Shown: positions 29,416-39,281 of the stretch, in pieces | Layout: every line of letters begins with the position of its first letter | Numbering within the stretch: position 1 is the stretch's first letter | IMG/VR virus record: IMGVR_UViG_3300018080_000138 | Span: 1 to 64,000 of that record | DNA: 64,000 bases | DNA from: a virus | Reading direction: 5' to 3' (one strand) | Made by a program: the position numbers and the translations under genes | Notes under the pieces: generated by a model | The model's database searches: none | What the model was told of the DNA's origin: nothing | What the model saw: the letters and a program-made list of their open reading frames with translations, nothing else

Positions 29416-30215
29416 GAATATATTTTGTTGCTGGTGGTAAGTGGTATTTAAAATGGCCTGTTTTAATGGATAATACAAAAAATATTCTTATTAGTTATCA
29501 TTATGCAAAGAATTGTGTTGATGAACTTAAGTCAATAGATAAAAATATTTTTATTGATAGTGGTGCGTTTAGTGCATTTAATCTTAATAAGGAAATAAAC
29601 TTAGATAATTATTGTAAATTTATTAAGGAAGTAGGAGGAAAAGTATATGCTGCACTTGACGTTATTAGAAATCCACAGCAAAGTATCGATAATTATCGGT
29701 ACATGAAAGAAGTGCATGGATTGAATTCTATCCCTGTATTTCATTATAATGAACATATTAAATACCTTAGGATGATGTTGGATGAGGATGTAAGTTATAT
29801 TGGTATTGGTAGTACATTTCAACGTCTTCGAAATTTTAATATATGGTTGGATAGTGTTTGGTCAATTATATTAAGGTATAGACCTGATATAAAAGTACAT
29901 GGTTTTGGTGCAACTAATTGGAATTTAATACAACGATATCCGTGGTACTCAGTAGATAGCACTACATATTTATCACCACAAAGATTTGGCCGTGTTAATC
30001 ACTATGTAAAGACAAAGAAAATTTTTATCCAATTGTCATTAAGAAAATTTGCTGTATTAAAAAAGTTAGACTATGATAAAGAATTTTCTAAGGTTAAGAG
30101 TATGGGTGTTATTCATACAATTAAGTCATATGAGAGACTTGTTGCTGACATTACTGAAAGTAATAAGGTAAAAAATTTTAGTTATTTAAAAAATAGTAAA
30201 GATTTTTTTATGTAG
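29412..30215 (+). CDS. dpdA: TGT-fold deazaguanine DNA transglycosylase (DpdA-like)
   Basis: FIDSGAFS, LDVI, IPVFH, VHGFG, SVDSTT motifs; located between folE and polA. Confidence 0.75.
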   Translation: MRIYFVAGGKWYLKWPVLMDNTKNILISYHYAKNCVDELKSIDKNIFIDSGAFSAFNLNKEINLDNYCKFIKEVGGKVYAALDVIRNPQQSIDNYRYMKEVHGLNSIPVFHYNEHIKYLRMMLDEDVSYIGIGSTFQRLRNFNIWLDSVWSIILRYRPDIKVHGFGATNWNLIQRYPWYSVDSTTYLSPQRFGRVNHYVKTKKIFIQLSLRKFAVLKKLDYDKEFSKVKSMGVIHTIKSYERLVADITESNKVKNFSYLKNSKDFFM

Positions 30216-30225
30216 AAGGTTATTT

Positions 30226-32322
30226 ATGTTATTTCCTGGTATGGAGAAATATTTTTTTAGTGGAAAGAATTTGACGTGGTTATATAACGCAAATTTTTAT
30301 GAGTATAATACTGACGATGGTAGATATGCTGTAGAATATATGTTAGGTAGGTCTAAGGGAATTCCAATAAGTCTTGATACCGAAACTACTGGACTAAATA
30401 AGATGAAAGATAGAATTATTGGAATATCTTTATCAGTTGTTCTTGATAATGTAATTAAATCTGTATGGATACCGATAAGTGAGATAGACAATTTACAGTC
30501 ATTTCTTTGTAGGTTGTTCCGCACAACCGTGGTTATGCACAATAAAAAATTTGACCTATGTATGATTCAAAATGAGGGTATTGATGTTGATGAACTTGGG
30601 TTTACATCTGTTATAGTTGATACAATAATTTTATGTTATTATATGGATCCAGATGGTGAAGTAAACCTTGATTATATGACAAAAAAGTTACTAAAGAGAC
30701 AGACAATTAAATATTCTGACCTTAAGACTGCGTTTGGTGGATTTATTCCTGCACCTAAAAATATTAAAAAGTTGTATGCTTGCCAGGATTCTATGAATAC
30801 ATTAGAGTTATACTTTTGGATAGAAGAGAATAGAAGTGATTTGTTGAAAAATAAAGCCGTGATTATTACAAATGAAGTAACAGATATTTTACGACGGATG
30901 GAAAGACGCGGGATAAGAGTGGATGTAGATTTTTTAAAGAATGCTGAGAAGTCATTAAAGAAAAAGCTTTTTAGTGTTGAGAAAGAAATTTATAAATTGG
31001 CTGGTAAACGATTTAATATTTCATCTGATGATCAGGTAGCAGATGTTCTTTTTAATAAATTGCGGTTACCGCCGACTCGTTTGACTGGAAAGAAATTAAG
31101 ACCATCAGTTGCTGAGAAGTATCTCAAGCCATTAAAAAAGAAACATAAAATTGTAGAAAAAATATTATATTACTCAGAATTGGATAAAGCATGTGGTACG
31201 TATGCGATAGGATTGCAGAAACATATAGTTGATGGATTAGTCCATACATCTTATAACCCTGTTCGTACTGGTACAACAAGATTATCCTCTGATGAACCAA
31301 ATCTTCAAAATTTACCAAAGTTTGGTGCGTTAAATATTAGAAACGCATTTATTCCCAGGAAGGATCATTATTTTATAAAAGCAGATTATAGTCAGATAGA
31401 ATTAAGAATTTTTTGTTATATGGCTAAAATAACACAGGCTATAAATATCTTTGAGTCGGGTGGTGATATCCATGCCAAAATGGCAAGTTGGATATTAAAA
31501 GTACCGGAGAAAAATGTTACTGAGGAGCAAAGAAAGAGAATAAAGACTATTAATTTTGGTATTATATATGGTATGTCAGAATATGGTCTTGCAGCTAACC
31601 TTGGTATAAGTGTTGCTGCGGCGGTTGGGTTATTGTCTGATTATTTTAGAATATTACCAGGTGCTAAATCTTATATAGAAAGTGAGATAAAAATTGCAAG
31701 AAAACTTGGGTATGTTGACTTAGCATATGGTGGACGGCGGTTAGTTAAAGGCATTAATTCAAAAGTTGATAAAGTGAGAAGTTATGCAGAAAGAATTTCT
31801 GTAAATACAAGGATACAAGGAATTGCCGCTGAGATAATGAAAATTGCATTGATTAGGTGTGCCAGATATTTGAAGAAGATTTCCGCAAATATTTATTTAA
31901 TCGCAACAACACATGATGATATTTTATTTGAGGTTCATAATAAGATTAGTTTTAAGGACGCAACGACTATTCTTAAAAAATGTATGGAATTCTCAATAAA
32001 TACAAAGATGTTAAAGATGCCTTGTATCCCAATTGATTCAGAGTTTGGAAATAAATGGGGTGAACTTAAAGAAGTAAAAAAGAAAAAACCTAATACTAAT
32101 CATAACTTATCTGAGTTTAGTAGAATTGTTTTTAAGTTTAATACATTAACTGAAGATGATATTGTGTATCTAAAGCGTTTGCAATCTTTTAATAATGGAT
32201 GTTCAGTACCTGGTTATTTAGGGTATAATGGGCGGTTAATAAATTTGAGGTGTCATTACAATAATGACTCAATAATAAGAATAAAAAAAACATTGGATTG
32301 TACAGTTATAGGTAAAAAATAG
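30226..32322 (+). CDS. polA: family A DNA polymerase (3'-5' exo + polymerase, no 5' nuclease)
   Basis: DTETTG, HN.KFD, YACQD; RLSS..PNLQN, ADYSQIELR, KTINFGIIYG, HDD. Confidence 0.96.
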   Translation: MLFPGMEKYFFSGKNLTWLYNANFYEYNTDDGRYAVEYMLGRSKGIPISLDTETTGLNKMKDRIIGISLSVVLDNVIKSVWIPISEIDNLQSFLCRLFRTTVVMHNKKFDLCMIQNEGIDVDELGFTSVIVDTIILCYYMDPDGEVNLDYMTKKLLKRQTIKYSDLKTAFGGFIPAPKNIKKLYACQDSMNTLELYFWIEENRSDLLKNKAVIITNEVTDILRRMERRGIRVDVDFLKNAEKSLKKKLFSVEKEIYKLAGKRFNISSDDQVADVLFNKLRLPPTRLTGKKLRPSVAEKYLKPLKKKHKIVEKILYYSELDKACGTYAIGLQKHIVDGLVHTSYNPVRTGTTRLSSDEPNLQNLPKFGALNIRNAFIPRKDHYFIKADYSQIELRIFCYMAKITQAINIFESGGDIHAKMASWILKVPEKNVTEEQRKRIKTINFGIIYGMSEYGLAANLGISVAAAVGLLSDYFRILPGAKSYIESEIKIARKLGYVDLAYGGRRLVKGINSKVDKVRSYAERISVNTRIQGIAAEIMKIALIRCARYLKKISANIYLIATTHDDILFEVHNKISFKDATTILKKCMEFSINTKMLKMPCIPIDSEFGNKWGELKEVKKKKPNTNHNLSEFSRIVFKFNTLTEDDIVYLKRLQSFNNGCSVPGYLGYNGRLINLRCHYNNDSIIRIKKTLDCTVIGKK

Positions 32323-32360
32323 TTATAAATTTTAATAAAAATGGGTATAATAAATAAGAC

Positions 32361-32609
32361 ATGAAGATAACAATAACTAAGAAAAGACCTGAGTATGGTA
32401 TTGACTTTGCATCAAATCATTTAAGTACTGAACTTGAGTTAAAGGATATAGGGATTACGGATGATATGTTGGTACAAAATTTTAAGGGTGCCGTTGATAG
32501 TTTGGTAAAGGCATCAGTATATCTTTTTCTTAAGGCTGGTATGGCATCAAGAACATTAACTAAAAAGGATGTAAAAAAATTGAAAGAAGTATTGTATGGA
32601 AAAAAATGA
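32361..32609 (+). CDS. hypothetical protein
   Basis: Follows a TATAAT element; overlaps the next gene. Confidence 0.55.
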   Translation: MKITITKKRPEYGIDFASNHLSTELELKDIGITDDMLVQNFKGAVDSLVKASVYLFLKAGMASRTLTKKDVKKLKEVLYGKK

Positions 32610-33126
32610 TTTCATAGAAAAAATAGATAGAAGAATAACTAAATGGTATACTGAGATATATAGTCTTAAGATTAATATTAAAAATCTTCAGCAAGATAAT
32701 ATTGATGAAGTTACAGATATGGTAGTTAGTATTCGTGAGAATATTCAACGCTTAATAGTGGTTATTGGTAGGTCGATTATAATAAGAGATAAGATTGAAA
32801 GTTCTCTTACTATTAAGCGAAGAATAATGAAAGAAAAGGTAGATTATTTATTGATAAATGATGCTGAAGTACAAGGTGGAAAAAGTAAGGGTGAAAGAGA
32901 AAGTATTGCAGAGAGTAAACTTAAGAAGTTTAACCAGGAAATTGATGATATATCCGCATTATTTATTAGAATAAAAAGTTTTATTTCGGTTGCTATGTTA
33001 GTACATGAAAATTTAAGGCATGGTAGAAGAGATATGGATTTTATTTATAACGCAGAATTATTTCGTAGAAATATTGGAATTAATGATAATAAGTTTAAAA
33101 AGGATACAAAAGTATCATTTAATTAA
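32596..33126 (+). CDS. coiled-coil protein, possible UvsY-like recombination mediator
   Basis: All-helical, KS..ERE..A; located near SSB and RecA. Confidence 0.4.
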   Translation: MEKNDFIEKIDRRITKWYTEIYSLKINIKNLQQDNIDEVTDMVVSIRENIQRLIVVIGRSIIIRDKIESSLTIKRRIMKEKVDYLLINDAEVQGGKSKGERESIAESKLKKFNQEIDDISALFIRIKSFISVAMLVHENLRHGRRDMDFIYNAELFRRNIGINDNKFKKDTKVSFN

Positions 33127-33159
33127 AATAATATTAATATAATTTTTGGAGTAAAGTAA

Positions 33160-33828
33160 ATGGCGTCACAAATCAATGGATCAATAACTAAAATTGCAAA
33201 GAAGCTTAATATTCCAAGGCGGACAGTAAAGCTCGTTGTTAGAGCTTTGATGCAAGATATTTTAGTTACATTACCAAAAGAAGGAATTTTTCGTTTTGGA
33301 AATTTGTTTACTTTAAAGGTAAAGAAACTTGCAGCAAAGAAGTATTGGAATAATTTTAAGTCTGAGTTTGGTAAGGTTGGTGAAAGAAATACGGTTCGTA
33401 TTAAGGGAGGTACGGCCTTAATAACTGCTGTTAATGATGGAACACATCCAAAGAAGGATAGGTTGGCTAAAAGAAAAAAAGAGAAGGCAGAAAAACCTGT
33501 AGCTGAGAAGAAAAAGAAGAAGAGTGAAGCTAAATCAAAGAAACAAAAAACGAAGAAAGTTGTAGCTGAGAAGAAAACCAAGAAGAGTGAAGCTAAATCA
33601 AAGAAACAAAAAACGAAGAAAGTTGCGGCTGAGAAGAAAACCAAGGCAAAAAAAGGAAAAAAAGTAAAAGAAGAAGTAATTGAACCTGATGTTAATGATG
33701 ATCTTTTAATTGAGGAAGATCTTGGTTTGGAAGATCTTGGTTTGGAAGATGATAATGATGGTAGTGAAATTTCCGACGATGACGATGACTTGGATGGTTT
33801 AGATGATCTCGATCTCGGTGATATTTAG
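33160..33828 (+). CDS. HU/IHF-like DNA-binding protein with Lys-rich H1-like repeats and acidic tail
   Basis: IAKKLNI...FRFGNLFTL.V....K...N......V.I.G...L..AVN HU fold, then KAKSKKQKTKK repeats and a D/E tail. Confidence 0.7.
   Translation: MASQINGSITKIAKKLNIPRRTVKLVVRALMQDILVTLPKEGIFRFGNLFTLKVKKLAAKKYWNNFKSEFGKVGERNTVRIKGGTALITAVNDGTHPKKDRLAKRKKEKAEKPVAEKKKKKSEAKSKKQKTKKVVAEKKTKKSEAKSKKQKTKKVAAEKKTKAKKGKKVKEEVIEPDVNDDLLIEEDLGLEDLGLEDDNDGSEISDDDDDLDGLDDLDLGDI
33499..33645 (+). repeat. 63-bp in-frame tandem repeat (~2.3 copies)
   Basis: Units start at 33499, 33562 and 33625 (gtagctgagaagaaaa...aagaaagtt). Confidence 0.9.
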
Positions 33829-33840
33829 TTAGGAGACGAT

Positions 33841-34560
33841 ATGAAAGTAAATTGGGATGATGATTCTGTAAAAGATGATAATCAGTTTGGCACAAAGTAT
33901 AAGGTGAAAGCTGGTAAAATGGATAGAATTTTTATTGTCGATAAAAATGCTGTACTTGTAATGCGGCATTATAAAAATAGTTATTTCGTATGTACAAAAG
34001 AATCAGGAAAGTGTGTTGGTTGTAGTAGAGGTTTAAAGGCGACTAAAAGTTTTGTTGCCCGTGTTGTACAATACTCAACGGAGTCTGACGGAAAGTTATC
34101 AAAACCATTTAAGATGGAGTTAAAAACATGGGTATTTGGCTACGATAAGTTTGCGACATTAAGGTCAAAAGCTAAAGTTCATGGTAGTCTGCAAAAGATT
34201 GATTTAATGACCACATGTAACACAAAACGAGATGAAAAATTTCAAGATATTGATATTGATGTTGCACCGAAGTGTTTGTTTGCAACTAATGCAAAGGTAA
34301 AGAAAAAAGTACTTGAACTTGTCAAGAAATCAGATATTGATTTAAAATCCCAAGCCGCAAGAACATTGACATTGAAGGAGCAAGCAAAATTATTCTTGGA
34401 AGGTAGTCAAGAAGATGAATCTTTCTCAGAACTTGATGATGATAGTTCAGTTTCTGAGCTTGAGAATGATTTGTTTGGTGACGATACGGGTGATAACCTT
34501 GAGGACAATGATGAGATTAATGACTCGGGCGAACTTGATGACTTGCTTGATAATTTATAG
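33841..34560 (+). CDS. single-stranded DNA-binding protein (gp32-like, Zn site, acidic tail)
   Basis: H.....C......C..C; acidic C-terminus ending LDDLLDNL; AGGAG RBS. Confidence 0.75.
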   Translation: MKVNWDDDSVKDDNQFGTKYKVKAGKMDRIFIVDKNAVLVMRHYKNSYFVCTKESGKCVGCSRGLKATKSFVARVVQYSTESDGKLSKPFKMELKTWVFGYDKFATLRSKAKVHGSLQKIDLMTTCNTKRDEKFQDIDIDVAPKCLFATNAKVKKKVLELVKKSDIDLKSQAARTLTLKEQAKLFLEGSQEDESFSELDDDSSVSELENDLFGDDTGDNLEDNDEINDSGELDDLLDNL

Positions 34561-34573
34561 TAGACATTACTTT

Positions 34574-34618
34574 AACCACCAACCATGTATTATATATATA
34601 TGGTTGGTTGGTTTTTTT
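34574..34618 (+). terminator. intrinsic terminator after the SSB gene
   Basis: CCAACCAT...ATGGTTGG stem followed by T7. Confidence 0.75.
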
Positions 34619-35204
34619 CATTTTTAGTATAATAGTAGGTATTATCATAGAAAAAGAAATAAAATTTATTGGGATTGATTACTCATTAAGTAAGACAGGA
34701 TTAGTTATACTGTGTCCGGATGGTAGATATGAGGCATCTTTGATTAAAGTTACTGGAAAAGGTATTAAAAGGACTAAGGATTTGGCCGATACTATAGTTG
34801 ATACTTGTGGTGAAAGGAATATTATTATGATTGAAGATGTTTTTGCCGGTAGGAGTCCTGGTAATGCCATGAAGATTGCTAAAGGATGGGGAATGATTGT
34901 ATGTAGTTTAATAAATAATGGTAATACAGTAATTTCTATGCCACCAAGTAGGTTAAGGTCATTTATACATAAAGGAAACCTTGGAAAATGGAAAGAATAT
35001 ATCCCAAGGGTTAGAAAGCAGTGGAATGTTGATGAGTATCAAGAAGATATTGTTGCTGCCTATGCATTGGCAAGGGCCGCAATGCTTTGGGAAATTAATA
35101 GGGTAAGACCTACTGCAATAAAGTTAATTTCCAAAGGATTATCAAAGAAATTTACACCTCAGCAGGTATTAGTAATAAAAAGGCAATTTGATTTATATGA
35201 GTAA
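34608..35204 (+). CDS. RuvC-like Holliday junction resolvase (true start possibly ATA 34647)
   Basis: IGIDYSL..TG, MIEDVF, PP..LR, EDI..AYAL. Confidence 0.8.
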   Translation: MVFFIFSIIVGIIIEKEIKFIGIDYSLSKTGLVILCPDGRYEASLIKVTGKGIKRTKDLADTIVDTCGERNIIMIEDVFAGRSPGNAMKIAKGWGMIVCSLINNGNTVISMPPSRLRSFIHKGNLGKWKEYIPRVRKQWNVDEYQEDIVAAYALARAAMLWEINRVRPTAIKLISKGLSKKFTPQQVLVIKRQFDLYE

Positions 35205-36105
35205 AAAGAAGAATAGTGTTGGGAAGGTAGAACTTGATCAATGTATTTCATTTTTAGAGAATAAACTTTATCCAAATATTATCCAAGGGTTAACTGATGA
35301 CATGGTCGAGGTTTATGATGTATGGAAAACAGGTTTACCTACTTTTAACTCAATCTCAGGAATTGGTGGTTTACCGAAGGGTAGACTTATTGAGATATTT
35401 GGTTCAGAAGGTGTTGGAAAATCATCACTTGCATTAAAATTTATAAAGGTTGTACAACAAGCTGGTGGTGTTGCGTTATACCTTGATTATGAGCATAGTT
35501 TTTCTACGAGATATGCAAGGATAAATGGTGTATCTTGTACAAAGGATAAATTTTTATTTTCTCAACCGGAATGCCTTGAAGATGGTTGGGACATTATAGA
35601 TGCACTTATTACTAATAATTTAGTTGATTTAATTGTCTTAGATAGTCTTGCGTCGGCACCAACAAGGGCAGAAGTAGAGGGTGATATTGGTGACTCACAA
35701 ATTGCTGTCCATGCAAGAGCAGTATCTCATGCACTTCGAAAATTAACATCGAAATTAGGTAAATCAAATACAACGTTGATTTTTATAAATCAGATAAGAT
35801 CAAAAATACAGACAATGGGATATGGTAGAAAAGAAACAACTCCTGGTGGAAAGTCTGTAAAATTTTATGCATCTATGCGGTTTAGGATGGTAAGAACGAA
35901 GGGAATTAGAAGGAATATAAATATTGATGGGTTATCACAAAAAATTGAAGTAGTTAGTGAGATTAAAGTGATTGCTGCAAAAAATAAAATGGCACCTCCA
36001 TTTAAGGAAGGTTATTTATATCTTGTACATGGTGCTGGAGTTTTTGAGAAGGTATCTGTTGATAAAGTATTAAAAGAATTGAAGAGAAGAGAAAATGTTA
36101 AATAG
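35197..36105 (+). CDS. recA: RecA recombinase
   Basis: GGLPKGRLIEIFG.EG.GKS, DYEH, VLDS.A, FINQIR.KI, TTPGG..VKFYAS, KNK.APP. Confidence 0.96.
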   Translation: MSKKKNSVGKVELDQCISFLENKLYPNIIQGLTDDMVEVYDVWKTGLPTFNSISGIGGLPKGRLIEIFGSEGVGKSSLALKFIKVVQQAGGVALYLDYEHSFSTRYARINGVSCTKDKFLFSQPECLEDGWDIIDALITNNLVDLIVLDSLASAPTRAEVEGDIGDSQIAVHARAVSHALRKLTSKLGKSNTTLIFINQIRSKIQTMGYGRKETTPGGKSVKFYASMRFRMVRTKGIRRNINIDGLSQKIEVVSEIKVIAAKNKMAPPFKEGYLYLVHGAGVFEKVSVDKVLKELKRRENVK

Positions 36106-37072
36106 AGTAGTAATCAAAAATTTTCAGAGTTTAGAGCATATCGAGTTTGTACTTGGTAATATTACAGTAATTACCGGCGAGACTGACCATGGTAAGTCAG
36201 CAATTATTCGTGCAATTGATATGTGTAGTTCAGGAAGATTAGTAGGTGAGCATGTTACATTTGATAAAGAATTCTCTGAGACTCACTTGTTTTTTGATGA
36301 TATTTCTATAAGTTGTGTGAAAGGTAAAAGGATAAATTCTTATATAGTTGGTAGTAAAAAGTATAGTTCTGTTGGTCGTACATTACCAGTAGAAGTAATA
36401 AATGGACTAAACATGAAACCTATAAGTGGAATTAAAAAAGAAGTGTATTTTCCTCATATAGCTACTCAAAAACAATCACCTTTTATACTTTCTACATCTT
36501 CATCCGCTGCTAATAGAATAATAGGCAATTTGACTGGTATTGATGTTTTAACCAATGCTACTTATGATAATCAGAGTGAGATCTTGAAGCTTAAAAGAAA
36601 AAGAAGATTTCATTTGGAAGAGGTACAGAGGTTAAAACAAGAGTATGATCCAAAAAAATTTTTAGTATTAAAGAAATTATTATTAAAAGTTCGTAAGTTA
36701 GAGGATAGTTATATAAAAGCCATTAAAAAGCGGTCTGTATTGTTGGAAAAGGAAAAGTTGACTAAACATGTTAAGAGTATTAGATGTAAATTGCAAAGTT
36801 TAAAGAAACAATTGGCAATAGTTAATAAATTACCAAATGTTGATAATAAAATTAATGAGATAAGTGCAAAGAATGATGAGTGTGTATTGGTAGAAAATAT
36901 TTTTAAGAGATTGTCTTTAGCTGAAGAAAATCTTAGTAAAATAAATAAATCCTTTAAGCAAGCATTAAAGGATTTAAAAGTTAAGTTGGATGGTTTAAAA
37001 GTTTGCCCATTTTGCCTGTCAAGTATAGATACTAAGAAGATAAACAAAATTGTAAGGGAATTAATAAGATGA
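36095..37072 (+). CDS. SbcC/Rad50 N-terminal half (Walker A, coiled coil, Zn hook)
   Basis: IKNFQS, GETDHGKSAIIRA, Q-loop, terminal CPFC. Confidence 0.85.
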   Translation: MLNRVVIKNFQSLEHIEFVLGNITVITGETDHGKSAIIRAIDMCSSGRLVGEHVTFDKEFSETHLFFDDISISCVKGKRINSYIVGSKKYSSVGRTLPVEVINGLNMKPISGIKKEVYFPHIATQKQSPFILSTSSSAANRIIGNLTGIDVLTNATYDNQSEILKLKRKRRFHLEEVQRLKQEYDPKKFLVLKKLLLKVRKLEDSYIKAIKKRSVLLEKEKLTKHVKSIRCKLQSLKKQLAIVNKLPNVDNKINEISAKNDECVLVENIFKRLSLAEENLSKINKSFKQALKDLKVKLDGLKVCPFCLSSIDTKKINKIVRELIR

Positions 37073-37992
37073 TACTTATGTTTATAAATGATATACACCT
37101 TACATTGACATCACCTGCAAAAAGGAAGCAAACATATTTTAAAGAAATTTGTGCGAAGTTAGAAGAAATAAAGGAGGTTGCAGAAAGAATTGGTAGTACT
37201 GCGATAGTATTAACAGGTGATATTTTTCATAGGAGAAATGAGGATTACCTTACATTAAATTGGTTTTTGAATTGGATAAAAGAATGCCCATGTCCTGTTC
37301 ATGCAGTTATTGGAAATCATGATTATGTAGGTAATTTGGCAAATATTAGGTATAAACCAATGGGATCATTAATATGGTCGGGATTGTGTAATGTGAATAA
37401 CGCATTTATTGAAAGTGAGAATACTTCATGCATGTTATTTAAAAAGCATTGGAAGTATTCTAATGATGTAGAATACTATAAGGTTAAGAAAAGTTCTGCA
37501 AGGTATAATATACTCGCAACACATGCACCATTTATTCCTGATGGTGTAAAGGGATTTGGAACAGTATTTAAGTATTCACAGATAAAGATGACCGTCGACT
37601 ATATTTTTCATGGGCATCACCATAATGATTATGGTATTCAAGCAGTTAATGGAATACGATTTGTTAATCTTGGTGCATTATCAAGAGGATCGTTGGTTGA
37701 GAGAGATTTAAAGCGAGAAATAAAGATCCCAATTCTTTATTTAGGAAATAAGGCTACGGTAAAACAGTATAAGTTAAAAAATGTTTTACCAATTCACGAG
37801 GTCATATCTTCATCTGAGGAACAGTTATATGATATTGAGCGGTTGGATAAAGAAAAGGTAGATTTGTTTTTAAGTGAAGTTGGTATGACAAGAAAGGATA
37901 CAATAGATTTTTCTTGGGTATATGAAGATGTAGGTGACCCTGTTAAAACGTGTGTTAAGAATTATATAGAAAGACATATTTATGGACATTGA
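37069..37992 (+). CDS. SbcD/Mre11-like nuclease
   Basis: NDIHL, TGDIFH, IGNHD, GHHH, NLGALSR. Confidence 0.88.
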   Translation: MILMFINDIHLTLTSPAKRKQTYFKEICAKLEEIKEVAERIGSTAIVLTGDIFHRRNEDYLTLNWFLNWIKECPCPVHAVIGNHDYVGNLANIRYKPMGSLIWSGLCNVNNAFIESENTSCMLFKKHWKYSNDVEYYKVKKSSARYNILATHAPFIPDGVKGFGTVFKYSQIKMTVDYIFHGHHHNDYGIQAVNGIRFVNLGALSRGSLVERDLKREIKIPILYLGNKATVKQYKLKNVLPIHEVISSSEEQLYDIERLDKEKVDLFLSEVGMTRKDTIDFSWVYEDVGDPVKTCVKNYIERHIYGH

Positions 37993-38215
37993 TAAACTTA
38001 AAAAGAAAATTCTTGAAATAAAAACCAGGAAGAATATATTAGAAACTAAGATAGAAACTTTGGCCGTTGAACTACAAGCATTGCAGGAAAAGACAGGATT
38101 AATTAGTACTGATGATATAGCAGCTCAGATTAAGCAGAATAACAATGAGATTAGAACAATAATATCGGTTGCTGATAAAATTTTATTAAAGGTAAAAGAA
38201 AACGATGGAATTTAA
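37982..38215 (+). CDS. small coiled-coil protein (possible middle piece of split SbcC)
   Basis: Heptad pattern throughout 77 aa. Confidence 0.55.
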   Translation: MDIDKLKKKILEIKTRKNILETKIETLAVELQALQEKTGLISTDDIAAQIKQNNNEIRTIISVADKILLKVKENDGI

Positions 38216-39281
38216 AATACATAGCCAGATATTGAGTAGTATAGTAAAAAAATTTAGTCCAATATTGGCAAGTAAGGGCATGATAGAAGGACATGGGAAT
38301 ATTTTTTTAAATGCAAAAGGTAATAAGTTGCAGGTATTTGGAGAGAATACTTCAGTTGGGTTACTATTAAATGAATGTGATGTATCAATTATTAAAGATG
38401 GTAAAGTAGTAATAGATTTTTTAGTATTAAAAGAAATTTCAAGTCATACAAAAGATAATGTATTATTTAAAACTTCTGATAAGTTAGAAATAGTAAATAA
38501 AAGTACAAAATGGAAATTTGAGTTATTACAACAAAAATCTAAATTTCCTGGATTCCCAAAAAATAATACGAATAAAGTTGTACTAAAAACGAATGAACTT
38601 AATATTGCAATTAATCATACTTCGTATTCTGTTTGTAAAGATATGGCAAGGGTTGAGTTAAATCAGCTTGCGACATCTTCGGGATATTTGGTTGGGACAG
38701 ATGGTATTAGATGTAGTATGTATAAAACAAAACTTGATTTAGCCATTCCTGAGGTTGCTATACAGTCATTGGTAACTTTATTAGACATTTTTGATGATAA
38801 AGACGTTTCTATCATAAGCTCTAAAAGTCATACATATTTTCTTTTTCCGTCTAATGTGTATTATTTTAGGAAGTATAATGCAAATTTTCCTGATATAAAG
38901 GAATCCGTACTTAATTTAGTAAAAGATTATGACATGTATATCGAAGTAAATAGAGAACGTTTTATTGATACACTTGGTAGAATTGATATAGCAATTTATA
39001 AGGATCCTACAACACCAGTTGATATTATTGTGTCCAATGGTAAACATTTAATAGTAAAAAGTGTAAGTAATACTGTGAAAAGTGTTGCTAAGATACCTGT
39101 AAGATTAGAAGGAATTAGTATTAATATTCGTGTTCGTTTAAAACATCTTACCGACGCATTAAATAAGTTATCGTCTAAGAATGTGAAGATATTTTATGCG
39201 GGATCTTCTAAACCTTTGTATATAAAGGCCGATAAGTATAAGATAGTAATTTTACCAATGGAAAAGGAAGATGAGAAATAG
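38205..39281 (+). CDS. dnaN: DNA polymerase III beta-type sliding clamp
   Basis: 358 aa; FPGFP, R.ELN, GTDG.R, FPD, KPL.I, ILPM motifs. Confidence 0.88.
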   Translation: MEFKIHSQILSSIVKKFSPILASKGMIEGHGNIFLNAKGNKLQVFGENTSVGLLLNECDVSIIKDGKVVIDFLVLKEISSHTKDNVLFKTSDKLEIVNKSTKWKFELLQQKSKFPGFPKNNTNKVVLKTNELNIAINHTSYSVCKDMARVELNQLATSSGYLVGTDGIRCSMYKTKLDLAIPEVAIQSLVTLLDIFDDKDVSIISSKSHTYFLFPSNVYYFRKYNANFPDIKESVLNLVKDYDMYIEVNRERFIDTLGRIDIAIYKDPTTPVDIIVSNGKHLIVKSVSNTVKSVAKIPVRLEGISINIRVRLKHLTDALNKLSSKNVKIFYAGSSKPLYIKADKYKIVILPMEKEDEK

